A stretch of 63,967 nt of DNA, filler included, from Octopus bimaculoides (GCF_001194135.2; 11 parts of 9 records of this genome joined end to end with filler, not necessarily neighbours in it); one strand, 5' to 3'; shown: positions 39,690 through 53,119, counted from the whole stretch's first letter. Numbers and translations are program-made. Notes: a model not told the origin generated them from the letters alone.

Positions 39690-40470
39690 GAAACCCATGA
39701 ACTGACCACAGTCTGTCTAACCTATGGGAAAGGCCTCTCGGAAATGATACAAAAGATATGCGGCCCATATGACATCAGGACAGTATACAAGAGTAATACA
39801 ACAAACACTTCGCAAATATCTCTGAGAAAAGCCATCTATAGAATAGAATATGACCAAAGACTGCGTGTATTCTATCCCATGCAGCTGTAGGTTATACAAA
39901 GGCGAAACATGTCACCCACTCAAATAATGGTAGAGGAACATCGTAAAGCTGACACGAGATACTGATAAATCGGGTATAGCTGATCATGTATGGAAAAATG
40001 GAAACCACCTCCCTCTGTGGGATGAAGTTAAAATAATAGACAGAGAACACCACTGGAAAATACAAAAACTAAAAGAAGCAGCACATATGCCAGGACACAA
40101 TAACCTCCCAAGCAGACCGAGTGCAGATATGAGTAGAATATGGGAACCGGTATTAAGGAAGGATAGAAAAATAGTAGATTTATAAGCCTTAAAATTCACT
40201 CCCTAATTGCTCACGGGCATATTAGCGCAATGTTAAGAGTGCGGGATACTAACCCCAAGATTTCGAGTTCCTTGAATAAATGCTACTGCTACTACTACTA
40301 CAAATAATAATAATAATGATAACATCAGCAAAAAAATACCTTAGGAATGAGAACCCAGGGATGGGTTCAAAATTCCACCAGGACACCTGATGAAGGCTGA
40401 AACATTGTGGTAACAACAGATAAAATGATAAAATATCCGTCCAATGTAAATAATTCTCCCTTTTTATACC
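39690..40470 (+). pseudogene. Penelope-like element 3' part: GIY-YIG endonuclease and terminal region
   Basis: NMTKDCVYSIPCSCRLYKGETCHPLK and TDKSGIADHVWKNGNHLPLWDEVKIIDREHHWKIQKLKEAAH; frameshifted. CTGATGA...GAAAC lies at 40387-40403. Confidence 0.85.
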
Positions 40471-41529
40471 TTTCAGAAAACTCCAACAAGTTGAATTTTT
40501 CGAATATGATTTTGACCAATCAGCATGCAGCTTAAACATCATGGTTTGTAGGCCGGACCGATATTACTAGCATAGATCTCACCTTCATTTTGCGGTTTAC
40601 ATGCAATGGTTTTATTGGTGAGCAAACATAGTTGCTTTCCATCGTTTTTATTCCAGTTGGTGAGAGTCTTCAGTAATTTGTTTAAATACATATGTTAAAG
40701 ATATTTTTTAATCCAGATTTTGAAATCGGATGATTACTACGAACGTATGAGAGCAGTAATTTAACACACTTCAACATTGTAAATTATTTTTATAAATACA
40801 ATAATAAAAACGTGAAAACCAGATCATGTAACTTTATTCAACTGATATATCATTCTATACACAATTACACAAATTCGGAATATATATACATATATTCACA
40901 TACATATTACACACACATATATATAGAGAGAAACAGAGACTGATATATATATATNNNNNNNNNNNNNNNNNNNNNNNNNNNNNNNNNNNNNNNNNNNNNN
41001 NNNNNNNNNNNNNNNNNNNNNNNNNNNNNNNNNNNNNNNNNNTCACTTAAAAAATTATATATATATATATACTTGTGTATATAAAAACGACCAGTAAGTG
41101 GTCTGTCAATATGCTAGAAAAAGATCACTTAAAAAATTATATATATATATATAAGTAAAATAAATGTATGGAATTATATATATTTGATGTATGTATGCTT
41201 GTATGTATGTATGAATCTACGTATGTATGTAAGTATATATAATGCATTTATGTATGTATGTATGTATGTATGTATGCATGTATGTAAATATGCATGTTTG
41301 TATGTATGTATGTATGTATGTATGCATGTATGTAAATATGCATGTTTGTATGTATGTATGTATATATGTATGTAAGTATGTATGTATGTATGTATGTAAG
41401 TATGTATGTGTGTATGTCCTTTTCCGTTTTAAGTTATTTAAATTCATCCTCTGAAGGAGGACCTGCTTTCATCCACAATGTATAGTATCGTTGGACAATG
41501 ACCAAAAGAGTACCATCGTGAATACAGAC

Positions 41530-41710
41530 AAATGAAATGCGATTCCTCTGAAGGATTAACATTACTGGACAGGGTGCGTAGCTCGAAGATCAACGAGTTT
41601 CTCTATGTTGAGCCGCTACCTCCCCACATTGAGAGATCACAACTACTACGAATATATAATAGATTCTTCTCGCCTAGCCAAGCAGCAGATCTAGAGCCGT
41701 GACCAAAGGT
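41530..41710 (+). pseudogene. RTE-type LINE C-terminal remnant
   Basis: EMRFL, then LLDRVRSSKINEFLYVEPLPPHIERSQL across a frameshift. Confidence 0.6.
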
Positions 41711-42970
41711 TTGGAACATTTAAAAAAACTTTAAACCGTTATGCCCTAGTACAATTCGATTCAAATATATCCAGCGTAGAGATATTCTTATTTAACAACT
41801 GATCCAATGATTCAATAACTAGAAGAAAAAAAAAAATAGGCAGAATCAAAGACATAGTTCTAGACCAAGGTGCTTACCTTTTTTAAATATAACATTGGAT
41901 ATTTAATAAAAAGATTCTAATTCTCAGACATATTCCAAGCTTTTGGCTATGACCGCAGTGGTCGACCAAGAACAGATGGTTGAACAATATCCATGGACTT
42001 AGTTGGTTATGCCAACTCAGCTGGGAAAATCTAATGACGGTTGATTCTGATGGAACACTATAATGGCGATACCTGAGGACTCTACTACCAGAGCCCTCCC
42101 AAGAATAGTGGGCGGTGACGATTGATGGATTTGGCTATATTTCTTAATTCTTAATTTTCATATTCTTATAGTTAAAGAAGTATATGTCAAGACGTGTTAT
42201 GACAAAGCAACAAAACGCTCAACTGACTATTGTAAAATATGCTAATTGGCGATGACACTTTTGCACAACAGGGAAGTGTATCTCTGTTTTATTATGTTCT
42301 TGTATTACCAAAGCAGTCTGAAGTTTTTGGTTGTTTCCTTTGCACTATCGGCAGCAATAAGCATTAAACATCATCTTACAAATAGCATTAAACATTAAAA
42401 ATAATTTTCACAAAACATATATTATAGTATCATATTTAGAATTGCTAATTTGCAGTTATATGTAGTTATTAATTCCTAAATTTGAGAAATTTTAAGGTAT
42501 CAACATATGTATGACTTGAGGTTAGCATTTAACAAGTCTAGATGAGAATATGTAAATGTCAATGAATACGATTCACAAATTATTAGCTCGTTTTCAATTA
42601 CGTCCGTCTTAACACCGCAGTCTATTTTGCAAGTCAGAGTCGCGTTTAAATGTATTGTATATCTCATATAGGTGTTTTTGCGTTATGGTGTTAAGCATTA
42701 TAGATAACAGTTCTTTCCGTTGACTAATCTGCTGAATAATGCATTAAAGTAACACATGTAAATCAATTCCTGCAGGAATTTTACCAATATTTTCCGAAAG
42801 TAGTTTGTAGCTTGGAATTATTTATAAGTTTACAACAACGACAAAAACTTGAGTCATGTCATCCACACTTTTGTAGCAAGTTTCTATTCTCGAAGAGCAA
42901 CAAGTTTAATTTGAAACTTGTATACAGTAAATAATGGAGCATTATTGTCGTCGTAGTCGTTGTTGAAATT

Positions 42971-43060
42971 GTCGCCGCTGCAACTATCGCCGCTGCAACT
43001 GCCGCCGCCGCAACTGCCGCCGCCGCAACAATCGCCGCCGAAACTGCCGCCGCCTCCACC
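42971..43060. repeat. GC-rich 15-bp tandem repeat x6
   Basis: Units gtcgccgctgcaact / atcgccgctgcaact / gccgccgccgcaact and variants. Confidence 0.85.
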
Positions 43061-43703
43061 GTCGTCGTTATATACCGTACGCTTTTTGCTGTGCGTTGAT
43101 GACTCACTACAACAAAAGTCTTCCCGATTAAGTAGGAAATTGTGCCATCGGGCGAAGTTATAGCGTTACTTCGTTCTGACCTTTCCATAGTCTCTTCATG
43201 GCGAGGATACCAGGGTGGCTTGTCATTGCTTTCCCCAACTGGACGGTTGTTGGTCCTCAAGGAGCTCATCCACCCTTTGACAGGTTTTGTTTTTAGTCCT
43301 CTTGGGTGTCCAGACATCCCGCCTCACAAGAGTAGCAAGCTACTCACGTGAGGGATCCAGTTTAGTCTTCGACCAATTCCCCGTCGAACAAATAGTACTG
43401 TTTACATGGTTCCAGTAGTCTCTCCTGACCTGACTTCACCTGACTTCAGGTCACCATTAAACTGACCTTTAATGGTCACTTTAATGGTGACCTTTAATGG
43501 TATCCAAAGTAAAATGCTTCACACAGTATGCTGGATTGCTAACGACAAGCAAAGCGATTTCTCATTTGAATCTGGCCGTATCAACACAACAGAGCGTTAT
43601 GTAATTTTAGCTGAGTGATGGCTTCCATGATGATGAACAGAAGGAAAATTAATTCGCCGTGGGAAAAGTAGGGATTGTTTCATGTGTATTTATACATAGT
43701 CCA

Positions 43704-43747
43704 GTGGAGGCGCAATGGCCCAGTGGTTAGGGCAGCGGACTCGCGGT
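43704..43747 (+). mobile_element. SINE family B tRNA-like head (remainder in gap)
   Basis: gtggaggcgcaatggcccagtggttagggcagcggactcgcggt; A-box TGGCCCAGTGG; overlaps the head seen at 17545-17573. Confidence 0.85.
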
Positions 43748-44744
43748 NNNNNNNNNNNNNNNNNNNNNNNNNNNNNNNNNNNNNNNNNNNNNNNNNNNNN
43801 NNNNNNNNNNNNNNNNNNNNNNNNNNNNNNNNNNNNNNNNNNNNNNNNNNNNNNNNNNNNNNNNNNNNNNNNNNNNNNNNNNNNNNNNNNNNNNNNNNNN
43901 NNNNNNNNNNNNNNNNNNNNNNNNNNNNNNNNNNNNNNNNNNNNNNNNNNNNNNNNNNNNNNNNNNNNNNNNNNNNNNNNNNNNNNNNNNNNNNNNNNNN
44001 NNNNNNNNNNNNNNNNNNNNNNNNNNNNNNNNNNNNNNNNNNNNNNNNNNNNNNNNNNNNNNNNNNNNNNNNNNNNNNNNNNNNNNNNNNNNNNNNNNNN
44101 NNNNNNNNNNNNNNNNNNNNNNNNNNNNNNNNNNNNNNNNNNNNNNNNNNNNNNNNNNNNNNNNNNNNNNNNNNNNNNNNNNNNNNNNNNNNNNNNNNNN
44201 NNNNNNNNNNNNNNNNNNNNNNNNNNNNNNNNNNNNNNNNNNNNNNNNNNNNNNNNNNNNNNNNNNNNNNNNNNNNNNNNNNNNNNNNNNNNNNNNNNNN
44301 NNNNNNNNNNNNNNNNNNNNNNNNNNNNNNNNNNNNNNNNNNNNNNNNNNNNNNNNNNNNNNNNNNNNNNNNNNNNNNNNNNNNNNNNNNNNNNNNNNNN
44401 NNNNNNNNNNNNNNNNNNNNNNNNNNNNNNNNNNNNNNNNNNNNNNNNNNNNNNNNNNNNNNNNNNNNNNNNNNNNNNNNNNNNNNNNNNNNNNNNNNNN
44501 NNNNNNNNNNNNNNNNNNNNNNNNNNNNNNNNNNNNNNNNNNNNNNNNNNNNNNNNNNNNNNNNNNNNNNNNNNNNNNNNNNNNNNNNNNNNNNNNNNNN
44601 NNNNNNNNNNNNNNNNNNNNNNNNNNNNNNNNNNNNNNNNNNNNNNNNNNNNNNNNNNNNNNNNNNNNNNNNNNNNNNNNNNNNNNNNNNNNNNNNNNNN
44701 NNNNNNNNNNNNNNNNNNNNNNNNNNNNNNNNNNNNNNNNNNNN

Positions 44745-44975
44745 TATATATGTATGTGTGTGTATGTTTGTGTGTCTGTGTTTGTCCCCCCGCCATTACT
44801 TGACAACCGATGATGGTGTGCTTACGTCCTCGTAAGCTAGCGGTTCGGCAAAAGAGACCGATAGAATAAGTACTAGGCTTACAAAGAATAAATCCTGGGG
44901 TTGATTTGCTCGACCAAAGGCGGTGCTCCAGCATGGCTGCAGTCAAATGACTGAAAACAAGTAAAACTGTAAAAG
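44745..44975 (+). mobile_element. SINE family A, 3' half
   Basis: ttgacaaccgatg...gcggttcggcaaaagagaccgatagaataagtactaggcttacaaag...ggtgctccagcatgg. Confidence 0.9.
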
Positions 44976-45517
44976 AGTAACGGAATCGACAAAGCTTTGC
45001 GTAATGTAGAGCTGTGACACAATATATATATATATATGGGTATGTGTGTGCGTGTGTGGGGGGGGCTCTATCTCTACTTCTCCTTACACACACACACACT
45101 CACACACACATACACACACACACACACACACAGAGATACACACACACATATGCACATATACATATATATATAAAGTAGGATACCAGAATACCACTTGCTA
45201 GAAAAAGGAGTTAACACTCCAAAACCTCAAATTTCTCACTCTTAAGAAATACGCAGAGTGAATGCAACGAATATAAAATAGGGCTTACCTTGTGTAAAGC
45301 ACAAAACAAGAAACAGATATGTTGGTATTAATTGATTTCACCTTTTTGTACGTTATGTACTTAAAGATCATCAGCTAAGCTTACTGTATTCACCTATTTT
45401 TCAAAATATTCCTCACATTACACCGTGCGCGTTTGTTCATCTGAATGATCACGCCACATTCAAAAACGAACAATAGTGAGTCAGTACAATATAAGATTTA
45501 ATAAAGTATCATCATCA

Positions 45518-45554
<37 letters not shown>

Positions 45555-45877
45555 NNNNNNNNNNNNNNNNNNNNNNNNNNNNNNNNNNNNNNNNNNNNTT
45601 AATTAATTAANNNNNNNNNNNNNNNNNNNNNNNNNNNNNNNNNNNNNNNNNNNNGTGTGCGTGTGTGTGTGTGTGTGCGTGTGTGCGTGTGTGCGTGTGC
45701 GTGTGCGTGTGTGTGTTATGTCATCCCATAAATAATGCGGTTTCTTCAATTGCATGAACTAAAATTCGGAGGGAGACGGGATAAACTACCTACGTCAGCT
45801 TGCTAGAAAAGCAGGTAGTAATCTTACCTTATTCTTAGTGCAAGTTCAATTTTAACTGTTAATTTTTCAAAGCTATA

Positions 45878-46095
45878 ATGGAAGTAATTAGGGAGAATAT
45901 TCACCATATTTTGTTTTATGAGTTTAATAAAGGCAAGAACGGAACGAAAGTGCGAGGAATATAAATGCAATAAATGGGGATCGGAGAATAAACGCAATCC
46001 AGTGTCCAAAATTGTGGTTCCGGATATTCCGAGCCGGACATTACGCCCAACAAGACGAGCCCCGTCATGCAAGACCTGTTGAGATCGACGAGGAA
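45878..46095 (+). pseudogene. Mariner transposase N-terminal (HTH) remnant
   Basis: MEVIRENIHHILFYEFNKGKN, then after frameshifts WFRIFRAGHYAQQDEPRHARPVEIDEE (mariner WF..F..G....DEPR.GRP pattern). Confidence 0.75.
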
Positions 46096-46442
46096 ATCAA
46101 GAAAAATAATACTTGGAGTCCTTCACTTATCTGAGTATTATTGTTCAACTAATCTGCCAAAAGTGATGTCATGAAGTATTTTGACGGAGTGATAATCCCT
46201 CGTTATTTGTTCTACTTGTGTTTGTGTGCGTCTTCTTTGTGACAATAGGAAATTTATTCGAATGCAAATATCGTATAATACATTTTTCGGGGTACAAACA
46301 TGCGTGATACGAAGGCCTCATATTGTTGTTGCATCTCTAGGAGGCGAGAAGGGGGCGTCTACAATAGAATTTGACCTGCTAAAAATGGCTGAATAAACGC
46401 TTTAAAAACACGTGCTACTATTTTGTATAATACACCTTACTT

Positions 46443-46660
46443 CACGGTGAGCTGGCAGAATCGTCAGCAAGGCGGGCGAAATGCTTATCGTATTTCGTCT
46501 GCCGTTCTGAGTTCAAATTCTACCGAGGTCGACTTTGCCTTTAATCCTTTCGGGGCCGATTAAATAAGTACCAGTGACACACTAGGGTCGATGCAATCGA
46601 TTTAATCCGTTTGTCTGTCTTTGTTTGTCCCCTCTATGTTCAGCCCCTTGTGGACAATAA
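46443..46660 (+). mobile_element. tRNA-derived SINE family C, near full length
   Basis: cacggtgagctggcagaatcg...gttctgagttcaaattctaccgaggtcgactttgcc...aagtaccagtg. Confidence 0.85.
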
Positions 46661-47689
46661 AAAAATAAATATTTTACAGAAGCACCTTCACACCCTCATT
46701 CATGCCCATTGAAATATTTACATTCAAGCATGTATGTATGCATGCATAAAGACATACGTACGTACATACATACATACATACGTATGTACGTACGTACATA
46801 CATACATATATAAATATATAGACACACTCACACACACACACATATGTAAGAATAATATAGCACGATGATGGAAAATATCAGGCTCTTAAACTAATATATC
46901 GCAACGTATATTTCTGCACCGGACACCAGTTTTAAGTAGGTGAGTGTACATTTCTATATCAAACTATTCATTATAATTACTATGTAGTTAAATATTTCCG
47001 TAACAGATGTATATTGGTGCATACACACAGCTGTTTCGGAAAATATATTCATTGAATATTTGTTTATTGAAAAATACAGAACACGCCCAAGTAGGAACGC
47101 GTAACCGCCTTTGGTCTCAATATTTATTTTAATTCATGTTCACATGCACATTGCTGTAAATATTTCATCTCACTACTTTAGCTTTTTAGATTTGTATATT
47201 TATTTACCTCCTCACAAGAAATGAGCACTTAACTCACCTGTCTCGAATAATAACGATAACTAATTACTTTCCCTTAGATTTTTCTACTTGTTGATTCATT
47301 TCATTCACAAATTGCCATACACAACATGGACCAAAATCTTCTGAAGAAAATACGAAATTACAATAATTTCAATGTCATGATTAACGAAAGCGAAACCGGT
47401 CGACATACAATTCTCTTTCACTTATAAAATATATAAAATATATATTATAATTATGTAAACTGTGTGCATTTTCCTTCCTTTGCATTGTATATATTTTATG
47501 CATGCATTACATCTCACCACGTGGGGATAACCGAAATTCTCCTCCTTTCATATTCCTCCTATATATANNNNNNNNNNNNNNNNNNNNNNNNNNNNNNNNN
47601 NNNNNNNNNNNTTAATTAATTAANNNNNNNNNNNNNNNNNNNNNNNNNNNNNNNNNNNNNNNNNNNNACCGTTTGTTATCTCCCCCTTT

Positions 47690-47945
47690 CTTAGCTCTCC
47701 TGAAAAAAGAATTTCTAACTTCCGGTCGGCCATTGTTATGATCGGCCATTATTATGATTGACCGTTGACTGAACACTATTCAATTTTTTTTCTCCGTGTT
47801 TTTCTCCTTGTCTCCGTCTTCTTTCTGTTGAAGAGCGTAGCTCGAAACGTCAAAGACTTTCCGTATTCCCGAGCGTCATACTAATATATCCTTTTGTTAT
47901 TTACACCACCTGTCCTCGTCTGTTGTTATTATTTGTATATTCTCC
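47690..47945 (+). mobile_element. Probable Penelope-type terminal-repeat fragment carrying a hammerhead-like motif
   Basis: Motif at 47820-47856, followed by a pyrimidine-rich tail into (TA)n. The element class is inferred from the motif only. Confidence 0.45.
47820..47856 (+). ncRNA. Candidate minimal (dimer-type) hammerhead variant
   Basis: UCUUU-CUGUUGA-A-GAGC(GUA)GCUC-GAAACGUC-AAAGA: 5-bp helix I, 4-bp helix II, palindromic ACGU helix III and a GUC triplet. A6 is replaced by U. Confidence 0.4.
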
Positions 47946-49354
47946 CATATATATATATATATACAATGTATATAATTTTATAAATATAATTTTACAATTA
48001 TATTAGGGGCAACTACGAAGTAATGCCACATGTTAGAAGAAGACGCCAAATGACTCTAAAGTAGTTTATCTATCACATAGATGTTTAGTCATAACTCAAT
48101 CGATTTTAGGTTTAGTCATGTAATATCACTCTACCATCATCAGTATGATATAACCCAAAAGTACATAAGTATAAACATTCATATATATCTTACGAACACA
48201 ACGAATCCACAGTGCATATACAAACGTTCACGCTTATAGTTGTCCTTATTATAATTTGATAAACATATATATAGATTTTATCTNNNNNNNNNNNNNNNNN
48301 NNNNNNNNNNNNNNNNNNNNNNNNNNNNNNNNNNNNNNNNNNNNNNNNNNNNNNNNNNNNNNNNNNNNNNNNNNNNNNNNNNNTTTCAGGTCAAAATTGG
48401 TGGCTTTGTGTCGAAATTTGAAACGAATATATGTATATACATATGCGCGCGCGTGTGTGTACATGTATAAATTTGTGTTTATGTGTGTACACGTGGGTGT
48501 GCTTTAAGTTCCTTTAAATATTGTTTTGTGTACTCTAAATTCAATGAAATTCGCCGCGGGGCTTACACAAACAAACATATAATCAATACCGTTGTCGCTT
48601 CAAGATAAACTTTCAAATTCCTGCTTTCAGTCTATGCCATTATATTCATTGCCTTTTATTAAAAGCAATATTAAATAATTCCAAATCAATGGTATGGTGC
48701 CTGGCAATTTTTAACACCATGCATTTCTCTCTCTCTATCTCTATTATAATTTCATTGTGTGTATGCGTTCTGTTGGATGTGTCCGTGCATGTGCGTTTTA
48801 TTTGCATGAAGCACATGGTCGAACCGGTATGAATATTCGAATCCTGAATTTCTTAATCCTTTTCTCTTTGTTTCCCTCTTTCTCTTATTCTCCCTACTTG
48901 TAACCTTTCTAAATCCATCTCTCTTTCCCCCACTGTACCTCAGATATCGTCTTCAGTTTTATTCGATTTCAATTCTCACCATATTCTCTATTTCAGGTAG
49001 GCCATGGGAAAGGATCATTAAGTTCGATATCGTATATATCATTATATTCTCTTCTTGCACTCTCTAATCCATTTGATAAATAGTATAAGTCGAAGTGTGA
49101 GGTTCTTTCCTTTTCTTTATATGGCGTAATTGCCCTCCTTGAATACTTCTTTGATTGTTATTTTCACTTTATATTTCAATACTTTTTCAGAAATGTGCCT
49201 TTGTTTGTCTTACTCAGCATATTGCTTTGTCTTTACTTTGACACATGTTCTTACTGCTGTTGTTTTAAAGTGTCTGTTTATGTATAAATGTGTGTATGCA
49301 CATATATACATATATATAGTACGTTAAGCTCATTCAGGACCATAATTATACTTG

Positions 49355-49800
49355 TAGTGGCTCTGTAGCTCTTACCAACCACATGGCTCTTACCAACCAC
49401 ATGGCTCTTACCAACCACATGGCTCTTACCAACCACATGGCTCTTACCAACCACATGGCTCCGGGTTCAGTCCCAGTGCATGGCACCTTGGTCAAGTGTC
49501 TTCTATTATAGTCTTGTGAGTGGGTGTGGTAGACGAAAACTGAAAGAAGCCCGTCCTATATACATGTGTTTGCGTGTATGTGTGTGTGTGTGTGTGTTTG
49601 TCCCCCCCACCACCATCACCACCATCGCTTGACAACCCATGTTGGTGTAATTATGTCCTCGTAACTAGCGGTTCGGCAAAAAAAACGATAGAATAAGTAC
49701 TAGGCTTACAAAGAATGAGGACTGGAGTCGATTTGTTCGACTAAAGAAGATGCTCGAGCATGGCCGCAGTCAAATGACTGAAACAAATAAAAGAATAAAA
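49355..49800 (+). mobile_element. SINE family A containing a 5x 18-bp internal tandem repeat
   Basis: ctcttaccaaccacatgg x5 (49369-49458), followed by the normal B-box, core and 3' part. Confidence 0.9.
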
Positions 49801-49934
49801 TAATTTATATGATCGATATCGACAATAGATTGATGACACTACTGTCCTAATACCTCATTCAATTTTTTATTTGATTTCATTAAAACTATGAGCAGAATAA
49901 ATCAATGTTACTTATTAATATTTTTTTTCTTCTA

Positions 49935-50140
49935 TAAGCAGGAGGCTGATGTTTTGGGGGGAGGGGATAAGTCGATTACATCCACACACCAGTATTTCAC
50001 TGGTACTTAATTTATCGATCCTGGAAGGATGAAACGGAAATTCGACCTCGACATAATATGAACTTCGACGTTGTGGCAGACGAAATATCTCTAAGCATTT
50101 CGTCCGGGGTGCTAACGACTCTGCCAGCTCGCCGCCTTCG
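49935..50140 (-). mobile_element. SINE family C
   Basis: ctctgccagctcgccg at the right end; ggtacttaatttatcgatcc...ttcgacctcg inside. Confidence 0.8.
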
Positions 50141-51232
50141 TGTTACTTATTAATAATGAATACGATGGATATCAGCATTAAAAATTTGGATCATGCTGTT
50201 GTAAATTTACTTGCCGTATTCGTGTGAGTTGAGAGCTCTTAAGTGGTGATATTTTTTCATTACTTAAAGTGATTTAAATGTACATAATCTCCTCTAATAT
50301 AAATTTATTTATACTTTTTTTTGTGACATATTCAATTGCTTTTCAATCGAAAAGTGATGCTTCATATTATTAGTAGGATCTTTTCGGATATCAAAAAATA
50401 TTGCATGAAGCATCATTTAAATTAAGGATATGAAGTCCAAGCATAAATATACATTTACCAAACGAATGCTGTTTTTTTTTTTTTCTTGAGTACTTTCCTG
50501 ACCAGCATTAATAATATTTGTTTGATCATTCAAAGATTATGACTTAAGTGCAGCATCTACGCCCGTGTACACAAAACATACTGAGAAAACATTCAGAACA
50601 TATAATTGCAGTATGTTCGGCCGCTTTCATTATCGAATTATTTACAGATAATTGCATGAGTGACGCATACACGCCTCGGAAACGTTTAATCTTTCATCAC
50701 TTATCCAATCCCTTATCAAAGGTTAATTGAAACTCTTTTCGTTGATCTGTAATGTAGTAATATTTTTTTCTGTTTTCATATTGTATACATTGACGGTTTA
50801 AATTTGAGATTTGCGAATAAAGTGTGAATTCTAATTGAAGGTCTACGAATTATAGCAGTAAAGATGTAAAGCATTAACAATTTATGATTATTTTATATGG
50901 AGGACACAGTTTCAACATTTGAATTAATTATAAAGAAAGAAAAAATGTCACGTTTTCATATAACTTATATAAATGTTACCAGTAGGTGTAACATTAGAGT
51001 CCTTATATTTTCAAAGAAATTTGCTTAAATTCAGTTGGGCATGGTGAAGTAAAAACATGAATCTATTATAAACTGAATAGTGCAGTTTAAATAAATTCAT
51101 AATTCTTGCTACAGTAATATAATTTTGCAAACAATATATTAACCGTTCCCTGTTACGTTTGAAGTTACAACGTACATTTCTCCTGAGTAAAATATATTTC
51201 TTATTGTACTTACATATTGAGCACACACACAT

Positions 51233-51305
<73 letters not shown>

Positions 51306-53085
51306 NNNNNNNNNNTACATATATATATACATATATATATACCTGTGTATGCATGTATGTATGTATGTATGTATGTATGCATGCATGCATGTGTGTATGT
51401 TCTTTTCATCATGCTTGAAACTAAAAGTACTAAGGAACTTGAATCAAAAAGTCTGATCCATGCATGTGTGTGTGTATGTGTGTGTGTGCATGTGTGTGTG
51501 TGTGCGTATGTGTCTATATATGTATATATGTATGTTTTTATGTTTGTATGTATGTATGTATGTATGTATGTATGTTTGTATTTATGTATGTATGTGTGTA
51601 CGTTCTATTCTCTTTTGGATTATTGAAATTACTTCCTTAAAGAAGAAGCTTGTTTCTAACAAAGATACAAAGTTCTGTTGCTGGAATGTAGATTACAAAT
51701 AGCAATGTTACATTTTAATCTTGAGAAATGTTTTGCATAGATTACTATTTCGTTTAGAGACTGTATTTGTAACGTGCGAATCTCTTGGTTGAATTTTTCT
51801 GAAAATATCAACCTAACTGAGAGTTAGGCATTTAGTTACAAAACCAAGAGAACTGATTATTATTGATAAATATATTAATTTTTGATCCTGACAGAGAAGC
51901 TCTTTATATATGTATGGATATATAACTTTTAATTTCAAATATATGTAGCAAACATGCACAACAATTCTGTTGAAATCAAATATATTGTATAAACGGAGCG
52001 ATAATCAACATTTAAATCACACCGCATATCGACAGTAAAACTGTTTAACAACAGTAACTTTAAATATTCCATTCTAGCTATAATGGAAGTAGAATTGTAT
52101 CAAGATATATCTTATGCCAGATAAATAATATGAAAGGAGTAATCTCTAAACCAGTGAAAGAACCCAAAGTCTGATTCAAATCAATCTCTCTAAATTGTAC
52201 TTAATTACTTGGTGATAATATATAACTTGGTATTGTTATCATTAATTCTTTTCCTTATATTTCCCATTTCTCATTTTGCAATTAATACTCAAATATAAAT
52301 TTTGCTTCTTTTATCTATATTCATGTTAGAACGATAAGAGATTTTCTAAAAAAAAAAATTGTTGCTCTCACTAAACAGTATAAAAGAAGAAAAACTCACT
52401 ATAAAAGTTTATGAAAAAGAAAACAATTAATACGAACGACTACTTTAATTCCGTAAGGGGAGTGGGGTCTGTTAAAATAAAAAAAAGAGTAACTTTCCTA
52501 AGAAATATGTGGAGGTACAAAGAAATGTGATATAAATCAATAACTTGGAATTCTTATCTCAGTTCCGACATTTCGAGTTAAGAAACAATATAACGAAACT
52601 GAAGTATTTAAATAATGATTTATGTATTTTTAAAATGTTGTCAACGCCTTAAAGAAGAAATAAATTCTCTTTCTCATTTAGGCTTATTTTTACTTTCATG
52701 TCAAACAATTCAACAAAAGGAAAAACACTTCACAATGGAAAACAATTCACTATCAATGAATACGCGCCCGCTCACACACACATACACACGCACATACACA
52801 CGTACACGGACACACACGCACGCAAGCGTGCGTGCACACACACATAAGCACAGGTGCACACGCATACACACAACGAATTGACATATAGACATATAAGCAC
52901 ACGTTGCAAGTGTGACTGTAGACGGATCAAAACTTGTATCTGCCTTGTATGTTCTTATATAGTATATTTTCCTCGATATTAAGCACTTGTGTAGGTTGCT
53001 AAGTAAGAAATTGCAGAAACGTGTTTCTCGTTCTATGAGAGACTGCCATAGATGTACATAATGTATAAACACATACACACATATA

Positions 53086-53119
<34 letters not shown>

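Noticed and set aside
41043-41155. Direct duplication of tcacttaaaaaatta(ta)n
   Set aside because: It abuts a gap and is probably contig-end redundancy.
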